From contig OY759353.1 in the NCBI GenBank assembly GCA_963662315.1, positions 128,001-192,000 of the forward strand: 64,000 nt of DNA. Direction: 5' to 3'. Positions 1 to 12,033 of the stretch are shown here, piece by piece. The stretch is from Geopsychrobacteraceae bacterium. GTDB taxonomy: Bacteria > Desulfobacterota > Desulfuromonadia > Desulfuromonadales > Geopsychrobacteraceae. How positions within the stretch are numbered: the stretch's first letter is position 1; each line of letters starts with the position of its first letter. Both the position numbers and the translations under genes were made by a program. The notes under the pieces were generated by a model. The model saw only the letters and a program-made list of their open reading frames with translations, had not been told where the DNA came from and made no database searches.

Positions 1-74
1 GTGTAGAATCAGCCTTTAAATTGTGAACAGTAGTGTTGAAATATAATCATTCAGTCAGGAACGGAAATAAGTAG

Positions 75-1681
<1,607 letters not shown>

Positions 1682-1682
<1 letters not shown>

Positions 1683-2506
1683 TGAAGCAGGTAAATGTCG
1701 GACCTGTTACTTTTGGTGGCTCTAAACAGTTGGTCCTGATTGCTGGACCTTGTGCTATTGAGAGTGAAGCGCTGGTTATGCGCACCGCCGAAGCACTGAA
1801 AGAAATCACCAGTGCGGTTGGCTGTGAACTGGTTTTTAAATCTTCTTATGATAAAGCCAACCGTACCTCTGTCACGTCTTTCCGTGGCCCCGGAATTGAT
1901 GAGGGGCTGCGTATTCTGCAACGCGTCAAGGACGAGTTTAACTTGCCGGTTATTTCTGATGTTCATGACATCTCACAGATTAAACCCGCTGCTGAGGTTC
2001 TGGATATTATACAGATTCCTGCGTTTTTATCTCGTCAGACAGATCTTCTGGTTGCTGCTGGCGAGAGCGGCAAAACGATTAATGTCAAAAAGGGGCAGTT
2101 TCTTGCTCCTTGGGATATTCAGCATGGCATTGGTAAGCTTGAAAGTACCGGTAATGAGAATATCCTGTTGACAGAGCGCGGTGTTTCCTTTGGCTATAAC
2201 AACCTGGTGACTGATATGCGCGCCCTGGTGATTATGCGTGAGATGGGATATCCGGTTATTTTTGATGCAACCCACTCGGTGCAATTACCTGGTGGCGCCG
2301 GCGGTTCTTCAGCCGGTCAGCGCCAGTATGTAGGGGCCTTGTCTCGTGCTGCCGCAGCAACCGGTATTGATGGCCTGTTCTGGGAAGTTCACGAAGATCC
2401 TGAGCATGCACTGTGTGATGGCCCGAATTCATTGCCGCTCGGCCAGGTCAGGGCCATGCTTGAGCAAATTCTGGCCTTTGATGCTATTTTCAAACAGTCA
2501 GCGTGA
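1682..2506 (+). CDS. kdsA: KDO 8-phosphate synthase
   Basis: IAGPC, DKANRTS, KKGQF, DATHSVQ motifs; TGATG overlap with pyrG. Confidence 0.98.
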
Positions 2507-2517
2507 GGTTTCATTTC

Positions 2518-3480
2518 ATGATAGATACCGCAAAAAAGGTACTTCAGATTGAAGCTGACGCAGTGTTGGCGCTTCAGGACCGCATTGATGAAAAGTTTGA
2601 AAAAGCCGTTCAGATAATTCTCCAGTGTCGTGGCAAAGTTGTTGTGACCGGCATGGGTAAGTCCGGACTGATCTGCCAGAAAATCGCAGCGACGATGGCT
2701 TCAACCGGGACCCCGACGTTTTTCCTGCATCCTGCCGAAGGGATTCATGGTGATCTTGGCATGCTGTCCAAGGGGGATGTGGTCATCGCTGTTTCTTATT
2801 CCGGGGAAACTGAAGAGGTCTGCCGGATTTTGCCGGTTATCAAACGCATGGGATTGCCGTTGATTACCATGTCGGGCAATCCGAAGAGTACCTTGGGTGT
2901 TGCCGGCGATGTGCATTTGAACGTTCACGTTGAGGAAGAGGCTTGCCCTCTGGGATTGGCGCCAACAGCGAGTACTACTGCAACCCTGGCTATGGGGGAT
3001 GCTGTTGCGGTTGCCTTGCTTGACCAACGTGGTTTTAAGGCTGAAGATTTTGCCATGTTTCATCCTGGAGGATCCCTTGGCAAAAAGTTGCTGCTACGAG
3101 TCGAGGATCTGATGCATGGTGCGGATGAAATTCCTCTGGTTTCGGAGGCGACTCTGGTTCGGGAAGCACTTTTTGAAATCACCAGTAAGCAGCTGGGGGT
3201 TACTGGTGTTGTCGATGCTCAGGGTGGTTTAAGCGGCGTATTTACCGACGGGGATTTGCGGCGTTTGATGGAACAGGGGCTCAGCAGTCTGGAGCTGCCG
3301 ATCAGTAAGGTTATGTCCCGTTCACCAAAACGGATTTTGCAGCGTAATCTGGCCGCCAAGGCGGTTCAGGTCATGGAGTCTCATTCGATTACTTCTCTGT
3401 TTGTATTTGCAGATGAAGACCAGGTCGTTCCGGTTGGAATCATCCACTTGCACGATCTGTTGAAGTCGGGAGTTGTCTGA
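2518..3480 (+). CDS. kdsD: Arabinose 5-phosphate isomerase (SIS + 2 CBS domains)
   Basis: GMGKSG, HGDLG, APTAST, HPGGSLG; ATG at 2518 preferred. Confidence 0.96.
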   Translation: MIDTAKKVLQIEADAVLALQDRIDEKFEKAVQIILQCRGKVVVTGMGKSGLICQKIAATMASTGTPTFFLHPAEGIHGDLGMLSKGDVVIAVSYSGETEEVCRILPVIKRMGLPLITMSGNPKSTLGVAGDVHLNVHVEEEACPLGLAPTASTTATLAMGDAVAVALLDQRGFKAEDFAMFHPGGSLGKKLLLRVEDLMHGADEIPLVSEATLVREALFEITSKQLGVTGVVDAQGGLSGVFTDGDLRRLMEQGLSSLELPISKVMSRSPKRILQRNLAAKAVQVMESHSITSLFVFADEDQVVPVGIIHLHDLLKSGVV

Positions 3481-3998
3481 TGGATAAGAAGCTGGCGGCC
3501 ATTAAAATGCTGTTGCTCGATGTTGACGGGGTGCTGACCGATGGGCGGATCATCTATGACAACGAGGGCAACGAGATGAAGGCTTTTGACGTCAAGGACG
3601 GTCATGGCCTGAAAATGCTTCAGAGGGCTGGGATTAAGGTCGGTGTTATCACCGGGCGTTCCTCTGCGGTGGTTCAACGCCGTGCCGAGGAGCTTGGTTT
3701 CGATGCTCTGTTCCAGGGGGCTTTGACCAAGCTTGAGCCATATGGACAGGTTTTGCAGGAATTTGGTCTGGCTGATCACGAGGTCGCTTATGTCGGCGAT
3801 GACCTGGTTGATCTGCCGATCCTGCGGCGGGTAGGTTTCAGCGCGACTGTTGCTGATGCTGTCCCTGATCTATTGCCGCTGGTTGATTATGTCTGTAAGC
3901 GTCCGGGCGGGCGTGGCGCGGTTAGGGAAATCTGCGACCTGCTGCTGCGGGCTCAGCAACAGTGGGATGCTTTGACACAGCGCTATTTCGTCGATTGA
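3480..3998 (+). CDS. kdsC: KDO 8-phosphate phosphatase (HAD)
   Basis: DVDGVLTDG, GDDLVD, GGRGAVRE. Confidence 0.96.
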   Translation: MDKKLAAIKMLLLDVDGVLTDGRIIYDNEGNEMKAFDVKDGHGLKMLQRAGIKVGVITGRSSAVVQRRAEELGFDALFQGALTKLEPYGQVLQEFGLADHEVAYVGDDLVDLPILRRVGFSATVADAVPDLLPLVDYVCKRPGGRGAVREICDLLLRAQQQWDALTQRYFVD

Positions 3999-4037
3999 CG
4001 TGTATATCTGTTGTTTTAAGGCCGGGAGCCCGTACCG

Positions 4038-4598
4038 TTGAAAGCTAAGCATGTCCTCGGCATATTCATAATAATAACGGTTGTCCTTCTTGCTGTTGTT
4101 ATTACCAGGCATACCCTTGAACAGCCGCTTGCCGAAGTTGTGGAATCGTTGCCGGACAATGTTGATGTCGCGTTGACCAATCTACATTATTCCCACAATG
4201 AAAACGGTATTCGGCAATGGGTCCTTGATGCCGATGAGGCAGAATATCAGCGCCAGGCGGGTCTTGCTCAGTTGTCAAACATCAGGTTGAAGTTTTTTAA
4301 AGCCGGATCTTTTTCTGAGATTGTGCTCTCAGCAAGGCATGGCACGTTTGATCAGAGCCGTAATCGGATAGAAATCTGGGATGATGTCCTGATCACGACG
4401 GACCGGCATGATCAGTTAACTCTTGACCGTCTCGTTTATGATCAGGCACTGAGGCAATTCAGCTCGGATGGTCCGGTAGCATATAAATCGTCTCAAATGT
4501 CGCTAGCGGGTCGTGGTTTACTGCTGAATATTGCGGAAGGTTCCCTGCTGATCAAGGAGCAGGTCCGGGCTCATTTGGAGCCGCAGACAGACAGGTAG
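4038..4598 (+). CDS. lptC: LPS export protein LptC
   Basis: N-terminal TM helix, beta-rich body, position between kdsC and lptA. Confidence 0.85.
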   Translation: MKAKHVLGIFIIITVVLLAVVITRHTLEQPLAEVVESLPDNVDVALTNLHYSHNENGIRQWVLDADEAEYQRQAGLAQLSNIRLKFFKAGSFSEIVLSARHGTFDQSRNRIEIWDDVLITTDRHDQLTLDRLVYDQALRQFSSDGPVAYKSSQMSLAGRGLLLNIAEGSLLIKEQVRAHLEPQTDR

Positions 4599-4604
4599 AT
4601 TCCC

Positions 4605-5105
4605 ATGCGTTATGTGTTTTGTTTATTAATTCTTTTGGGCGGATTGATGGTTACGCCAGGTCATGCTGCGCAACCATTGGCGGGGATGAATTTCAGTGAA
4701 CCCCTGGAAATCTCTTCGCAGAAGCTTGAAGTTTTTCAGAATGATCGGAAAACGGTGTTCTCCGGTCAGGTCGTAGCCCGGCAAAATGAGTTTCAGCTGA
4801 ATGCCGACCGGCTCACGGTTTTTTATAATGACAAGCAGAATCAGATTGTTCGCCTCGAAGCCGACGGCCAGGTACGGGTTGTTCAATTGGACCGTCAGGC
4901 TCAGGCAGATTATGCAGTTTTCAGCCAGGCTGACCAGCAGTTGGTCTTGCGGGGGCATGCACTGTTGCAGCAGGGGGCGAATCAGGTTGCCGGTGAAGAG
5001 ATCGTTTTTGATCTGGTGAACAATACCAGCGTTGTGAAGAGTTCGGGAGACGGTCGGGTCAAAGCGACCATTCTTCCGCCACAAAAGGGGCCATCAGGGC
5101 AGTGA
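4605..5105 (+). CDS. lptA: LPS transport periplasmic protein LptA
   Basis: Signal peptide, OstA-like F-SG-V...ADRL pattern, C-terminal GRVKATI; synteny. Confidence 0.9.
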   Translation: MRYVFCLLILLGGLMVTPGHAAQPLAGMNFSEPLEISSQKLEVFQNDRKTVFSGQVVARQNEFQLNADRLTVFYNDKQNQIVRLEADGQVRVVQLDRQAQADYAVFSQADQQLVLRGHALLQQGANQVAGEEIVFDLVNNTSVVKSSGDGRVKATILPPQKGPSGQ

Positions 5106-5827
5106 GCCGTCAACTTCAAGCGATTGATTTAGAAAAGAGCTATGGCAAACGTCAGGTCGTTTGCGGTGTGAGTCTTAAGGTGTGTTCCGGCCAAGTTATT
5201 GGCCTGCTTGGTCCTAATGGGGCCGGCAAGACAACCAGCTTTTATATGGTTGTCGGACTCGCCCAGCCCGATAAGGGGGGGGTGTTCCTTGATGACGAAG
5301 AGATTACCGCTGTTCCCATGTATCAACGTGCCAGGGCCGGTATTTCGTATCTGCCGCAAGAAGCGTCCATTTTTCGTAAACTGACAGTTGCTGAAAACCT
5401 GCTGGCTATTATTGAGACTCTTGGGTTAAGCTCGGTCGATGAAAAGCAGCGTCTTGAAGAGCTGCTAGTCGATCTGAATATTGCCCATATTCGCGACTCA
5501 AAAGGCTATGCACTTTCCGGGGGGGAGAGGCGCCGGGTTGAGATTGCCAGGTCACTGGTCCTGAATCCTGATTTTCTGTTGTTGGACGAACCGTTTGCCG
5601 GTATTGACCCTATTGCTGTTATCGATATTCAAAATATCATAAAACAGCTCAAGGCCCGCGGCATCGGGATCCTGATTTCTGACCACAATGTCCGTGAAAC
5701 CCTGGGTGTATGTGATCAGGCGTATATTCTCAATCAGGGACGGGTTCTGGAGTATGGCACCCCTGAGGCTATCGCTGAAAGCCCCGTGGCACGCGAGATT
5801 TACCTTGGAGATAAATTTAGACTTTAA
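5102..5827 (+). CDS. lptB: LPS export ABC ATPase
   Basis: [33 protein letters not shown]. Confidence 0.97.
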   Translation: MSRQLQAIDLEKSYGKRQVVCGVSLKVCSGQVIGLLGPNGAGKTTSFYMVVGLAQPDKGGVFLDDEEITAVPMYQRARAGISYLPQEASIFRKLTVAENLLAIIETLGLSSVDEKQRLEELLVDLNIAHIRDSKGYALSGGERRRVEIARSLVLNPDFLLLDEPFAGIDPIAVIDIQNIIKQLKARGIGILISDHNVRETLGVCDQAYILNQGRVLEYGTPEAIAESPVAREIYLGDKFRL

Positions 5828-5900
5828 TTGATAGTTGGGTATCTGGCTCTGCTATTGTTGTTTCTTGCCTACTAACTTTTGACTGGATTAGAACAAGACT

Positions 5901-7349
5901 ATGGCTCTAGATCTTCGCTTACAGGTTAAACTCAGCCAACAGCTGGTAATGACACCGCAACTGCAGCAGGCGATTAAGTTGTTACAGCTATCGCGTATGG
6001 AGCTGGTCGATGTCGTTAATCAGGAATTGGCTGAAAATCCTTTGCTCGAGGAAGGTCAGGATACCAAAGAAGAGCGTGAAGATGTGTCTTTGACTGATGA
6101 AACGCCTGAATCTTATGAATCTTCGCCAGAGCAGGAAATCAAAGGTGAAGATGAAGGGATGGGCGATATTGATTGGCAGACGTATCTGGAAGGGTACAGT
6201 TTGTCCAGCAGTGACAGTCGGGACAGTTATGAAGACCTTGAAGAGCGTCCATCATATGAAAGTCTTCTGACCAAGAAGAACAGTCTTTACGATCATTTGA
6301 TGTGGCAGTTGAGTCTCTCTTCCTTTACTGAAGAAGAACTTGTTGTTGCCACTGAGATTATCGGTAACCTTGATGAGTCCGGGTATCTTAAATCCAGTAT
6401 TGAAGAAATTGTCGAAATCACCCAACTGGAGCCTGAATTTGTTGAGGTGGTGCTCTACAAAGTGCAGCAATTTGATCCGGCCGGAGTTGCCTGTCGCGAT
6501 CTCCAGGAATGTCTGATTCTTCAGCTTGAGCGGGTTGATCTCGATGAGTCTCTGGCTGCTGATATTCTGAATAACTGTCTTGCCGAACTTGAAGGGCGTA
6601 AATATCCAGTTATCGCAAAAATGCTAAAGGTGTCTCTTGAGGAAGTACTGACTGCTGCCAAGCTGATTTCAGAACTGGATCCGCGTCCCGGGCGGGCTTA
6701 TAATGAAGAAGACATACACTACATATCTCCGGATATTTTTGTCCACAAAGTCGGCGATGAGTATGTTGTGACGCAAAATGATGAAGGTTTGCCTAATCTG
6801 CGCATCAATTCTTTTTATCGCAATGCCTTAAGTAACAGTTCCAGCGTGGATAAAAAGGCGGGGGAATACATTCAGGATAAAATGCGCAGTGCGGTCTGGT
6901 TGATCAAGAGCATTCATCAGCGCCAGCGAACAATTTATAAGGTGACAAAAAGTATTGTCAAATTTCAGCGCGATTTCTTTGATTACGGTATTGAACACCT
7001 GAAACCCTTGGTGTTGCGGGATGTCGCCGAAGACATTGAAATGCACGAATCGACCGTCAGCCGTGTAACCACCAATAAATATGTGCAGACCCCTCAGGGG
7101 CTGTTTGAGCTGAAATTCTTTTTTAACAGTGGTATCAATACAGCAGATGGTGATGCTGTTGCCTCTGAGAGTGTCAAAAGCCGGATTAAGGAAATAATCG
7201 GTGGGGAAGATCCGAAAAAACCTTATTCCGATCAGAAAATAGTGGCACTTCTCAAGGAGCAGGATATTAATATTGCGCGCCGGACGGTTACCAAATATCG
7301 CGAGATGCTTGGTCTCGGATCTTCAACTGAGCGCAAGCGTCTGTTCTGA
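5901..7349 (+). CDS. rpoN: RNA polymerase sigma-54 factor
   Basis: MTPQLQQAIKLLQL, HESTVSR, RpoN box ARRTVTKYRE. Confidence 0.99.
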   Translation: MALDLRLQVKLSQQLVMTPQLQQAIKLLQLSRMELVDVVNQELAENPLLEEGQDTKEEREDVSLTDETPESYESSPEQEIKGEDEGMGDIDWQTYLEGYSLSSSDSRDSYEDLEERPSYESLLTKKNSLYDHLMWQLSLSSFTEEELVVATEIIGNLDESGYLKSSIEEIVEITQLEPEFVEVVLYKVQQFDPAGVACRDLQECLILQLERVDLDESLAADILNNCLAELEGRKYPVIAKMLKVSLEEVLTAAKLISELDPRPGRAYNEEDIHYISPDIFVHKVGDEYVVTQNDEGLPNLRINSFYRNALSNSSSVDKKAGEYIQDKMRSAVWLIKSIHQRQRTIYKVTKSIVKFQRDFFDYGIEHLKPLVLRDVAEDIEMHESTVSRVTTNKYVQTPQGLFELKFFFNSGINTADGDAVASESVKSRIKEIIGGEDPKKPYSDQKIVALLKEQDINIARRTVTKYREMLGLGSSTERKRLF

Positions 7350-7447
7350 AAAAGTTACTTAAAGGGGTGTATGACGCCTAATTCTGCGTTATAATTACAA
7401 TTAACCCAGGTTCTATACCAGAACCTGTTCTTGCAAGGAGGCTGCTT

Positions 7448-7996
7448 ATGCAAATAACCGTTACCTTCCGTCATATGGAAAGCAGTGACGCCGTGCGCAG
7501 TTATGTCGAAGAAAAACTCGCTCGCGTAAAAAAGTATATTGATGAGCCGATCGACGCTCAGGTTGTGTTATCAGTTCAAAAGAAAATAAACCACCGTGCT
7601 GAAGTGACCATGGTTGCCAAAGGTCTGACGATGAAGAGCATGGAGGAAAAAGATGATATGTATGCAGCCATCGATCTGATGGTTGATAAAATTGAACGTC
7701 AGCTGAAACGCTATAAAGAAAAACTGAAACAACACAAAGGGACCACGACGAGCCAGCGGTTGGTGGCCAAGACCGTTCTTTCGGCAGTCAGTGTTGATGA
7801 GGGGCACGAGAGTCCCGAGATCATCCGTAGTCATTCCTTCTTTGTTAAACCGATGTCTGTAGAAGAAGCGGTTATGCAGATGGACCTGCTGAATAAAGAC
7901 TTTCTGGTATTTACCGATGACCGCTCGGAAGAAATGAATGTTGTTTATCGCCGTAAGGACGGTAATTACGGTTTAATCGTCCCTCAGGGAAGTTAA
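7448..7996 (+). CDS. hpf: Long-form ribosome hibernation promoting factor
   Basis: DMYAAID...KIERQL and C-terminal PMSVEEAVMQM...YRRKDGNYG domain. Confidence 0.95.
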   Translation: MQITVTFRHMESSDAVRSYVEEKLARVKKYIDEPIDAQVVLSVQKKINHRAEVTMVAKGLTMKSMEEKDDMYAAIDLMVDKIERQLKRYKEKLKQHKGTTTSQRLVAKTVLSAVSVDEGHESPEIIRSHSFFVKPMSVEEAVMQMDLLNKDFLVFTDDRSEEMNVVYRRKDGNYGLIVPQGS

Positions 7997-8013
7997 TTAT
8001 ATACGGGTGTTAA

Positions 8014-8048
8014 CGGGCCTGTTCCGGTATTTGGCCGGGACAGGCCCG
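8014..8048 (+). other. Intercistronic stem-loop after hpf
   Basis: cgggcctgttccgg...ccgggacaggcccg inverted repeat with no U-tract. Confidence 0.5.
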
Positions 8049-8078
8049 AGCCTTCTCTTGCTAATAAAGAAACTTGTT

Positions 8079-8534
8079 ATGAAAATTTCTGAATTATTGA
8101 ATCCTGAAGCAATCGTTGCCGATCTGAGCGCAAAAGATAAAAGTGCTGCTTTGGCAGAGTTGACCGATGCCTTGATAGTCTGTGAACCCGGTCTTGACCG
8201 TGACGCAGTCATCGCCGTGTTGCAAGAACGTGAAAAACTAGGCAGTACAGGAATTGGAGATGGCGTCGCAATTCCTCATGGCAAATTACCAGGATTGCCT
8301 GAGTTGAAATTGGCGTTCGGACGGAGTCGGGGGGGGGTTGATTTTGAATCAATGGATGGCCAGCCCGCTTTCTTGTTCTTTCTTTTGGTTGCACCCGAAG
8401 AATCGGTTGGTGTCCACCTGAAAACCTTAGCCCGTATTTCCAAGTTGTTGAAAGATTCAACTGTACGCAAACAGCTGATTGACGCTGGCGATGCCAAGGA
8501 TATTTATCAGATTATCGTTGATGAGGAGGGGTAG
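8079..8534 (+). CDS. ptsN: PTS EIIA (Ntr/Fru family)
   Basis: REKLGSTGIGDGVAIPHG; ATG at 8079. Confidence 0.93.
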   Translation: MKISELLNPEAIVADLSAKDKSAALAELTDALIVCEPGLDRDAVIAVLQEREKLGSTGIGDGVAIPHGKLPGLPELKLAFGRSRGGVDFESMDGQPAFLFFLLVAPEESVGVHLKTLARISKLLKDSTVRKQLIDAGDAKDIYQIIVDEEG

Positions 8535-8589
8535 CCCCTCATGTCCGCTCTTTATAGGCGAATAGTGGTGTATAAGCACGAGGGATTTT

Positions 8590-9564
8590 ATGCCGAAGCT
8601 CTCCATACAGGAAATTCTAGACGAAACGGAAGCCGGGCTTGATCTCGAACTGCTTGCCGGAGCCGATGGGCTGAACAAGTGTATTTCTGTTCCTAGAATT
8701 CAGAAGCCCGGCCTGGCCTTGGCCGGGTATATTGACAGTCTGCATGCCGACAGGGCGCAAATTCTCGGGGCCACGGAATTAAGTTTTTTAGCCGGCATGC
8801 CGGAAGAAAAGGCTAGAGAACAAGTCGAGCAACTTTGCCAGCGGGACCTGTCCTGCCTGATTGTGACCAAGAATCAGGTTGTTCCTGCTTATCTTATTGA
8901 GTCTGCCAACCGTGGTAATACCCCTCTGCTAAGAACCAGCCATCTCAGTTCTCATTTTATTTCGCTGATCACCCGCTTCCTTGAGGAACGTCTGTTGCCG
9001 ACATCAACACTTCATGGAGTTCTTGTTGATGTCCTTGGCATGGGGGTCCTGATTCAGGGGAAAAGCGGGGTTGGAAAGAGTGAGTGTGCTTTGGAATTGA
9101 TTCTCCGTGGTCACCGGCTAGTGGCCGATGATATCGTTAAAGTGCGCTTTAAGCTACCGTCAGTCGTCTTTGGGGAGGGGATGGATCTGCTCCATCATCA
9201 TATGGAGATCCGTGGCCTGGGTATTATCAATCTGAAGCATCTTTTTGGGGTCGCTGCTATTCGGGAACGAAAAAAAATTGATCTGGTTGTTGAGCTGGTC
9301 GCCTGGAATGAGCAGGAAACCTATGACCGCCTTGGGGTCGATGATATGACATTCAACCTGCATGGTGTAGAGTTGCCATTTGTCAGGGTGCCCGTCGCTC
9401 CAGGGCGCAATATCAGCTCCATTGTCGAGGTTGCAGCTCGTAACCAGTTACTGAAAGAAATGGGTTACCACAGTGCCCGCGAATTTCAGGAGCTCCTTGA
9501 ACGACGTATGGCCGAGGCCGCACAGCTTCATTCTCATACGATTATTGGAGATGATCTCGAATGA
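8590..9564 (+). CDS. hprK: HPr kinase/phosphorylase
   Basis: GKSGVGKSE, LVADD, MEIRGLGII, PGRN. Confidence 0.97.
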   Translation: MPKLSIQEILDETEAGLDLELLAGADGLNKCISVPRIQKPGLALAGYIDSLHADRAQILGATELSFLAGMPEEKAREQVEQLCQRDLSCLIVTKNQVVPAYLIESANRGNTPLLRTSHLSSHFISLITRFLEERLLPTSTLHGVLVDVLGMGVLIQGKSGVGKSECALELILRGHRLVADDIVKVRFKLPSVVFGEGMDLLHHHMEIRGLGIINLKHLFGVAAIRERKKIDLVVELVAWNEQETYDRLGVDDMTFNLHGVELPFVRVPVAPGRNISSIVEVAARNQLLKEMGYHSAREFQELLERRMAEAAQLHSHTIIGDDLE

Positions 9565-10421
9565 TCAGCCGTCTTCTCGTTATTACCGGTTTGTCCGGTT
9601 CCGGCAAGTCTACAGCAGCTCGAGCCCTCGAGGATCAGGGCTTCTTCGTTGTTGATAACCTACCTCTGGTCATGCTGCCAGACTTTGTCCGGCGTGCTGA
9701 AGAGGGGTTACAGGACAAGGCCAATGTCGCTGTTGTCATTGATGTCCGGAATCGCGGGTTTCTGGTCGATCAGGGGGGGACGTTTGACAGTTTACGCCAT
9801 GCAGGTTACCGTCTCGATATCCTGTTTATTGAGGCCGCTGATGATGTTTTGCTACGGCGTTATTCAGAGACCCGCCGCCTGCATCCCCTGGCTCTTTCTG
9901 ATTCAGTTATGGACGGTATCCAGCGTGAACGCCAGCAGTTGCGCCTGTTACGTGAAAGCGCGACCCAAATTATCGACAGCAGTAATCTGACCACCCTGCA
10001 ACTTAAAAATTCGATGCTGACCTGGTTGGGTGAAGATCAGCAATCCGCCTTGATTGTCAATCTTGAGTCCTTTGGTTATCGCTATGGAGTGCCACCGGCT
10101 GCCGATCTGGTTTTTGATGTTCGTTTTTTGCCAAATCCGCACTATATTGATCACTTACGTCCTTTGACCGGGTGCGATCCTGTTCTGCGTGAATACGTAC
10201 TTGGGCAGCCTGTGTGCCAGGAATTTCTTGGTCATCTGAAACAATTACTGGAATTTCTCATTCCTCATTATCATAATGAGGGGAAGAGTTATTTAACGAT
10301 TGCAATTGGTTGTACCGGTGGAAGACATCGCAGTGTGTCGATTGTTGAGTATTTGCACAATAACTTCCCTGCCTCGCGCGTTGAGATGCGTGTTCAGCAT
10401 CGGGATATCGCAAAGGGTTGA
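9561..10421 (+). CDS. rapZ: RNase adapter RapZ / YvcJ-family P-loop protein
   Basis: TGLSGSGKS, VDNLP, DVRFLPNP, GCTGGRHRSV. Confidence 0.95.
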   Translation: MISRLLVITGLSGSGKSTAARALEDQGFFVVDNLPLVMLPDFVRRAEEGLQDKANVAVVIDVRNRGFLVDQGGTFDSLRHAGYRLDILFIEAADDVLLRRYSETRRLHPLALSDSVMDGIQRERQQLRLLRESATQIIDSSNLTTLQLKNSMLTWLGEDQQSALIVNLESFGYRYGVPPAADLVFDVRFLPNPHYIDHLRPLTGCDPVLREYVLGQPVCQEFLGHLKQLLEFLIPHYHNEGKSYLTIAIGCTGGRHRSVSIVEYLHNNFPASRVEMRVQHRDIAKG

Positions 10422-10424
10422 TGA

Positions 10425-10823
10425 ATGATTGGTCTGGTTATTATTTCTCATGGCAGACTCGCTGCAGAACTGGTTCTCTCTGCTGAGATGATCATTGGTC
10501 CCCTGGAAAAAACCGCCAGTGTAAATATTGATCGCCAGATGTCGCCTGATGCTGCAGTGAAGGAGCTGCGTGCGGCTGTCGCTGCAGCAGGCGTCGATGA
10601 GGACGGGGTTATCATTCTGACCGATTTATTCGGTGGTACGCCGACCAATCTCAGTGTTGAGTTTCTGTCTAGTGGACAGGTTGAAATTATCACTGGCGTG
10701 AATCTGCCTATGGTATTGAAGTGTGCAAGTGGCAGGCTTAATAAAGGGCTTTCAGAATTAGCGTCGTTTCTAAAGGATTACGCTAAAGAGGCAATTATCC
10801 GCCCGAGTGAGCTGCTAAGATAA
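10425..10823 (+). CDS. PTS mannose-family EIIA
   Basis: IISHG phospho-His, DLFGGTPTN, GVNLPM. Confidence 0.93.
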   Translation: MIGLVIISHGRLAAELVLSAEMIIGPLEKTASVNIDRQMSPDAAVKELRAAVAAAGVDEDGVIILTDLFGGTPTNLSVEFLSSGQVEIITGVNLPMVLKCASGRLNKGLSELASFLKDYAKEAIIRPSELLR

Positions 10824-10847
10824 ACTGACAGAAATTTGAGGCGTTTT

Positions 10848-11336
10848 ATGTCCCTTGTGTTAACACGTGTCGACAACAGATTAATACACGGTCAGGTATT
10901 GGAATCCTGGGTGCCTTTTCTCCAGGCTGACTGTATTCTGGTTGCCAATGATGATATTGCCGGTAATCCTCTTAAAAAAATGATGATGCAGGCTTCTGTC
11001 CCGAGTCGCATGAAGGTTGAAATCGGTCGCGTTGAACAGATTGCCAGTCTGCTTAAGGACGGTCAGTATCAGAATTCTAAAATTCTGCTGCTTTTCGGGA
11101 CCACCACAGATGCACTGAAGGCCTTTCGTCTCGGGCTTGAATTTGCCCAGCTGAATTTGGGCAACCTGCATGCGGAAAGAGGCAAAGCGCAATTGTGCTG
11201 TACGGTTTTTCTTGATCCTGCGGATGTTGAAGATCTTGAATATCTTGATCGGCATGGTGTTGATATCTCTGCGCGCTGTATTCCCGCGGATAATGCCCGA
11301 CCTTGGCGTAAGCTGGTCCCATTGGCAAAGGGGTAG
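10848..11336 (+). CDS. PTS mannose-family EIIB
   Basis: RVDNRLIHGQV phospho-His motif, LNLGN. Confidence 0.93.
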   Translation: MSLVLTRVDNRLIHGQVLESWVPFLQADCILVANDDIAGNPLKKMMMQASVPSRMKVEIGRVEQIASLLKDGQYQNSKILLLFGTTTDALKAFRLGLEFAQLNLGNLHAERGKAQLCCTVFLDPADVEDLEYLDRHGVDISARCIPADNARPWRKLVPLAKG

Positions 11337-11341
11337 GATGA

Positions 11342-12031
11342 TTGTTTGAAAGCGTTCTGTTAGGAGGACTGGCCAGCCTCATCTGTGGACTTGATCGTAT
11401 TGCTGTCATGCAGATCATGCTTTCGCGGCCGCTTGTCGCCGCGCCACTGACGGCCTGGCTGTTGGGAGCCCCTGAACTAGGTTTGCAGGTCGGCATCATG
11501 CTTGAGCTACTCTGGTTGGCGCGCTTGCCGGTTGGAGCAGCAGTTCCCCCTGATGATACCCAGGTTGCCGTGGCTGCTGCCGTTCTTTCCGTCTTTTTTT
11601 CCGCAGAGTACCCCGACGCGGGAATAGCCATCGTCGTATTGTGTTTATTGGTATGTTTACCGTTTGGCAAAATAGGTCAATATTTTGATCATTATGCGCG
11701 GCAGTTTAATAACCGGCTGCCGAGAACCGCTGAAGAAATGATTGAACGGGGAGCTTTACGTCAGGCAGAACTGCAGCATCTGCGCGGTCTTCTGGATTTT
11801 AGCATTGCGATTGTTTGTACGTATCTGGTTGTTATTGGCGGTGGACTACTGATGATTCCGCTTCTGTGGCCACCCTTTCAGGCTGTGCTTGTCAGCTCCA
11901 GCCCCTGGTTGATGTTGGCCTTGCCCCTGGTTGGTATTGCGGTTATTTTGGGAACCATCAATGTCAGCCGTGCTCTGACTCTGTTCAGTGCTGCCTTCGG
12001 TATGGCATTTCTGTTGTTGTGGCTGGTTTAG
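11342..12031 (+). CDS. PTS mannose-family EIIC
   Basis: SRPLV, LELLWL...VGAAVPPD, hydrophobic; TTG start. Confidence 0.88.
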   Translation: MFESVLLGGLASLICGLDRIAVMQIMLSRPLVAAPLTAWLLGAPELGLQVGIMLELLWLARLPVGAAVPPDDTQVAVAAAVLSVFFSAEYPDAGIAIVVLCLLVCLPFGKIGQYFDHYARQFNNRLPRTAEEMIERGALRQAELQHLRGLLDFSIAIVCTYLVVIGGGLLMIPLLWPPFQAVLVSSSPWLMLALPLVGIAVILGTINVSRALTLFSAAFGMAFLLLWLV

Positions 12032-12033
12032 CT

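Noticed and set aside
11815..12033. Long N-terminal extensions in the ORF track (EIID, HPr, nucleoside transporter, msrAB, kinase, regulator)
   Set aside because: They overlap upstream genes or promoters; downstream ATGs match family starts and RBSs
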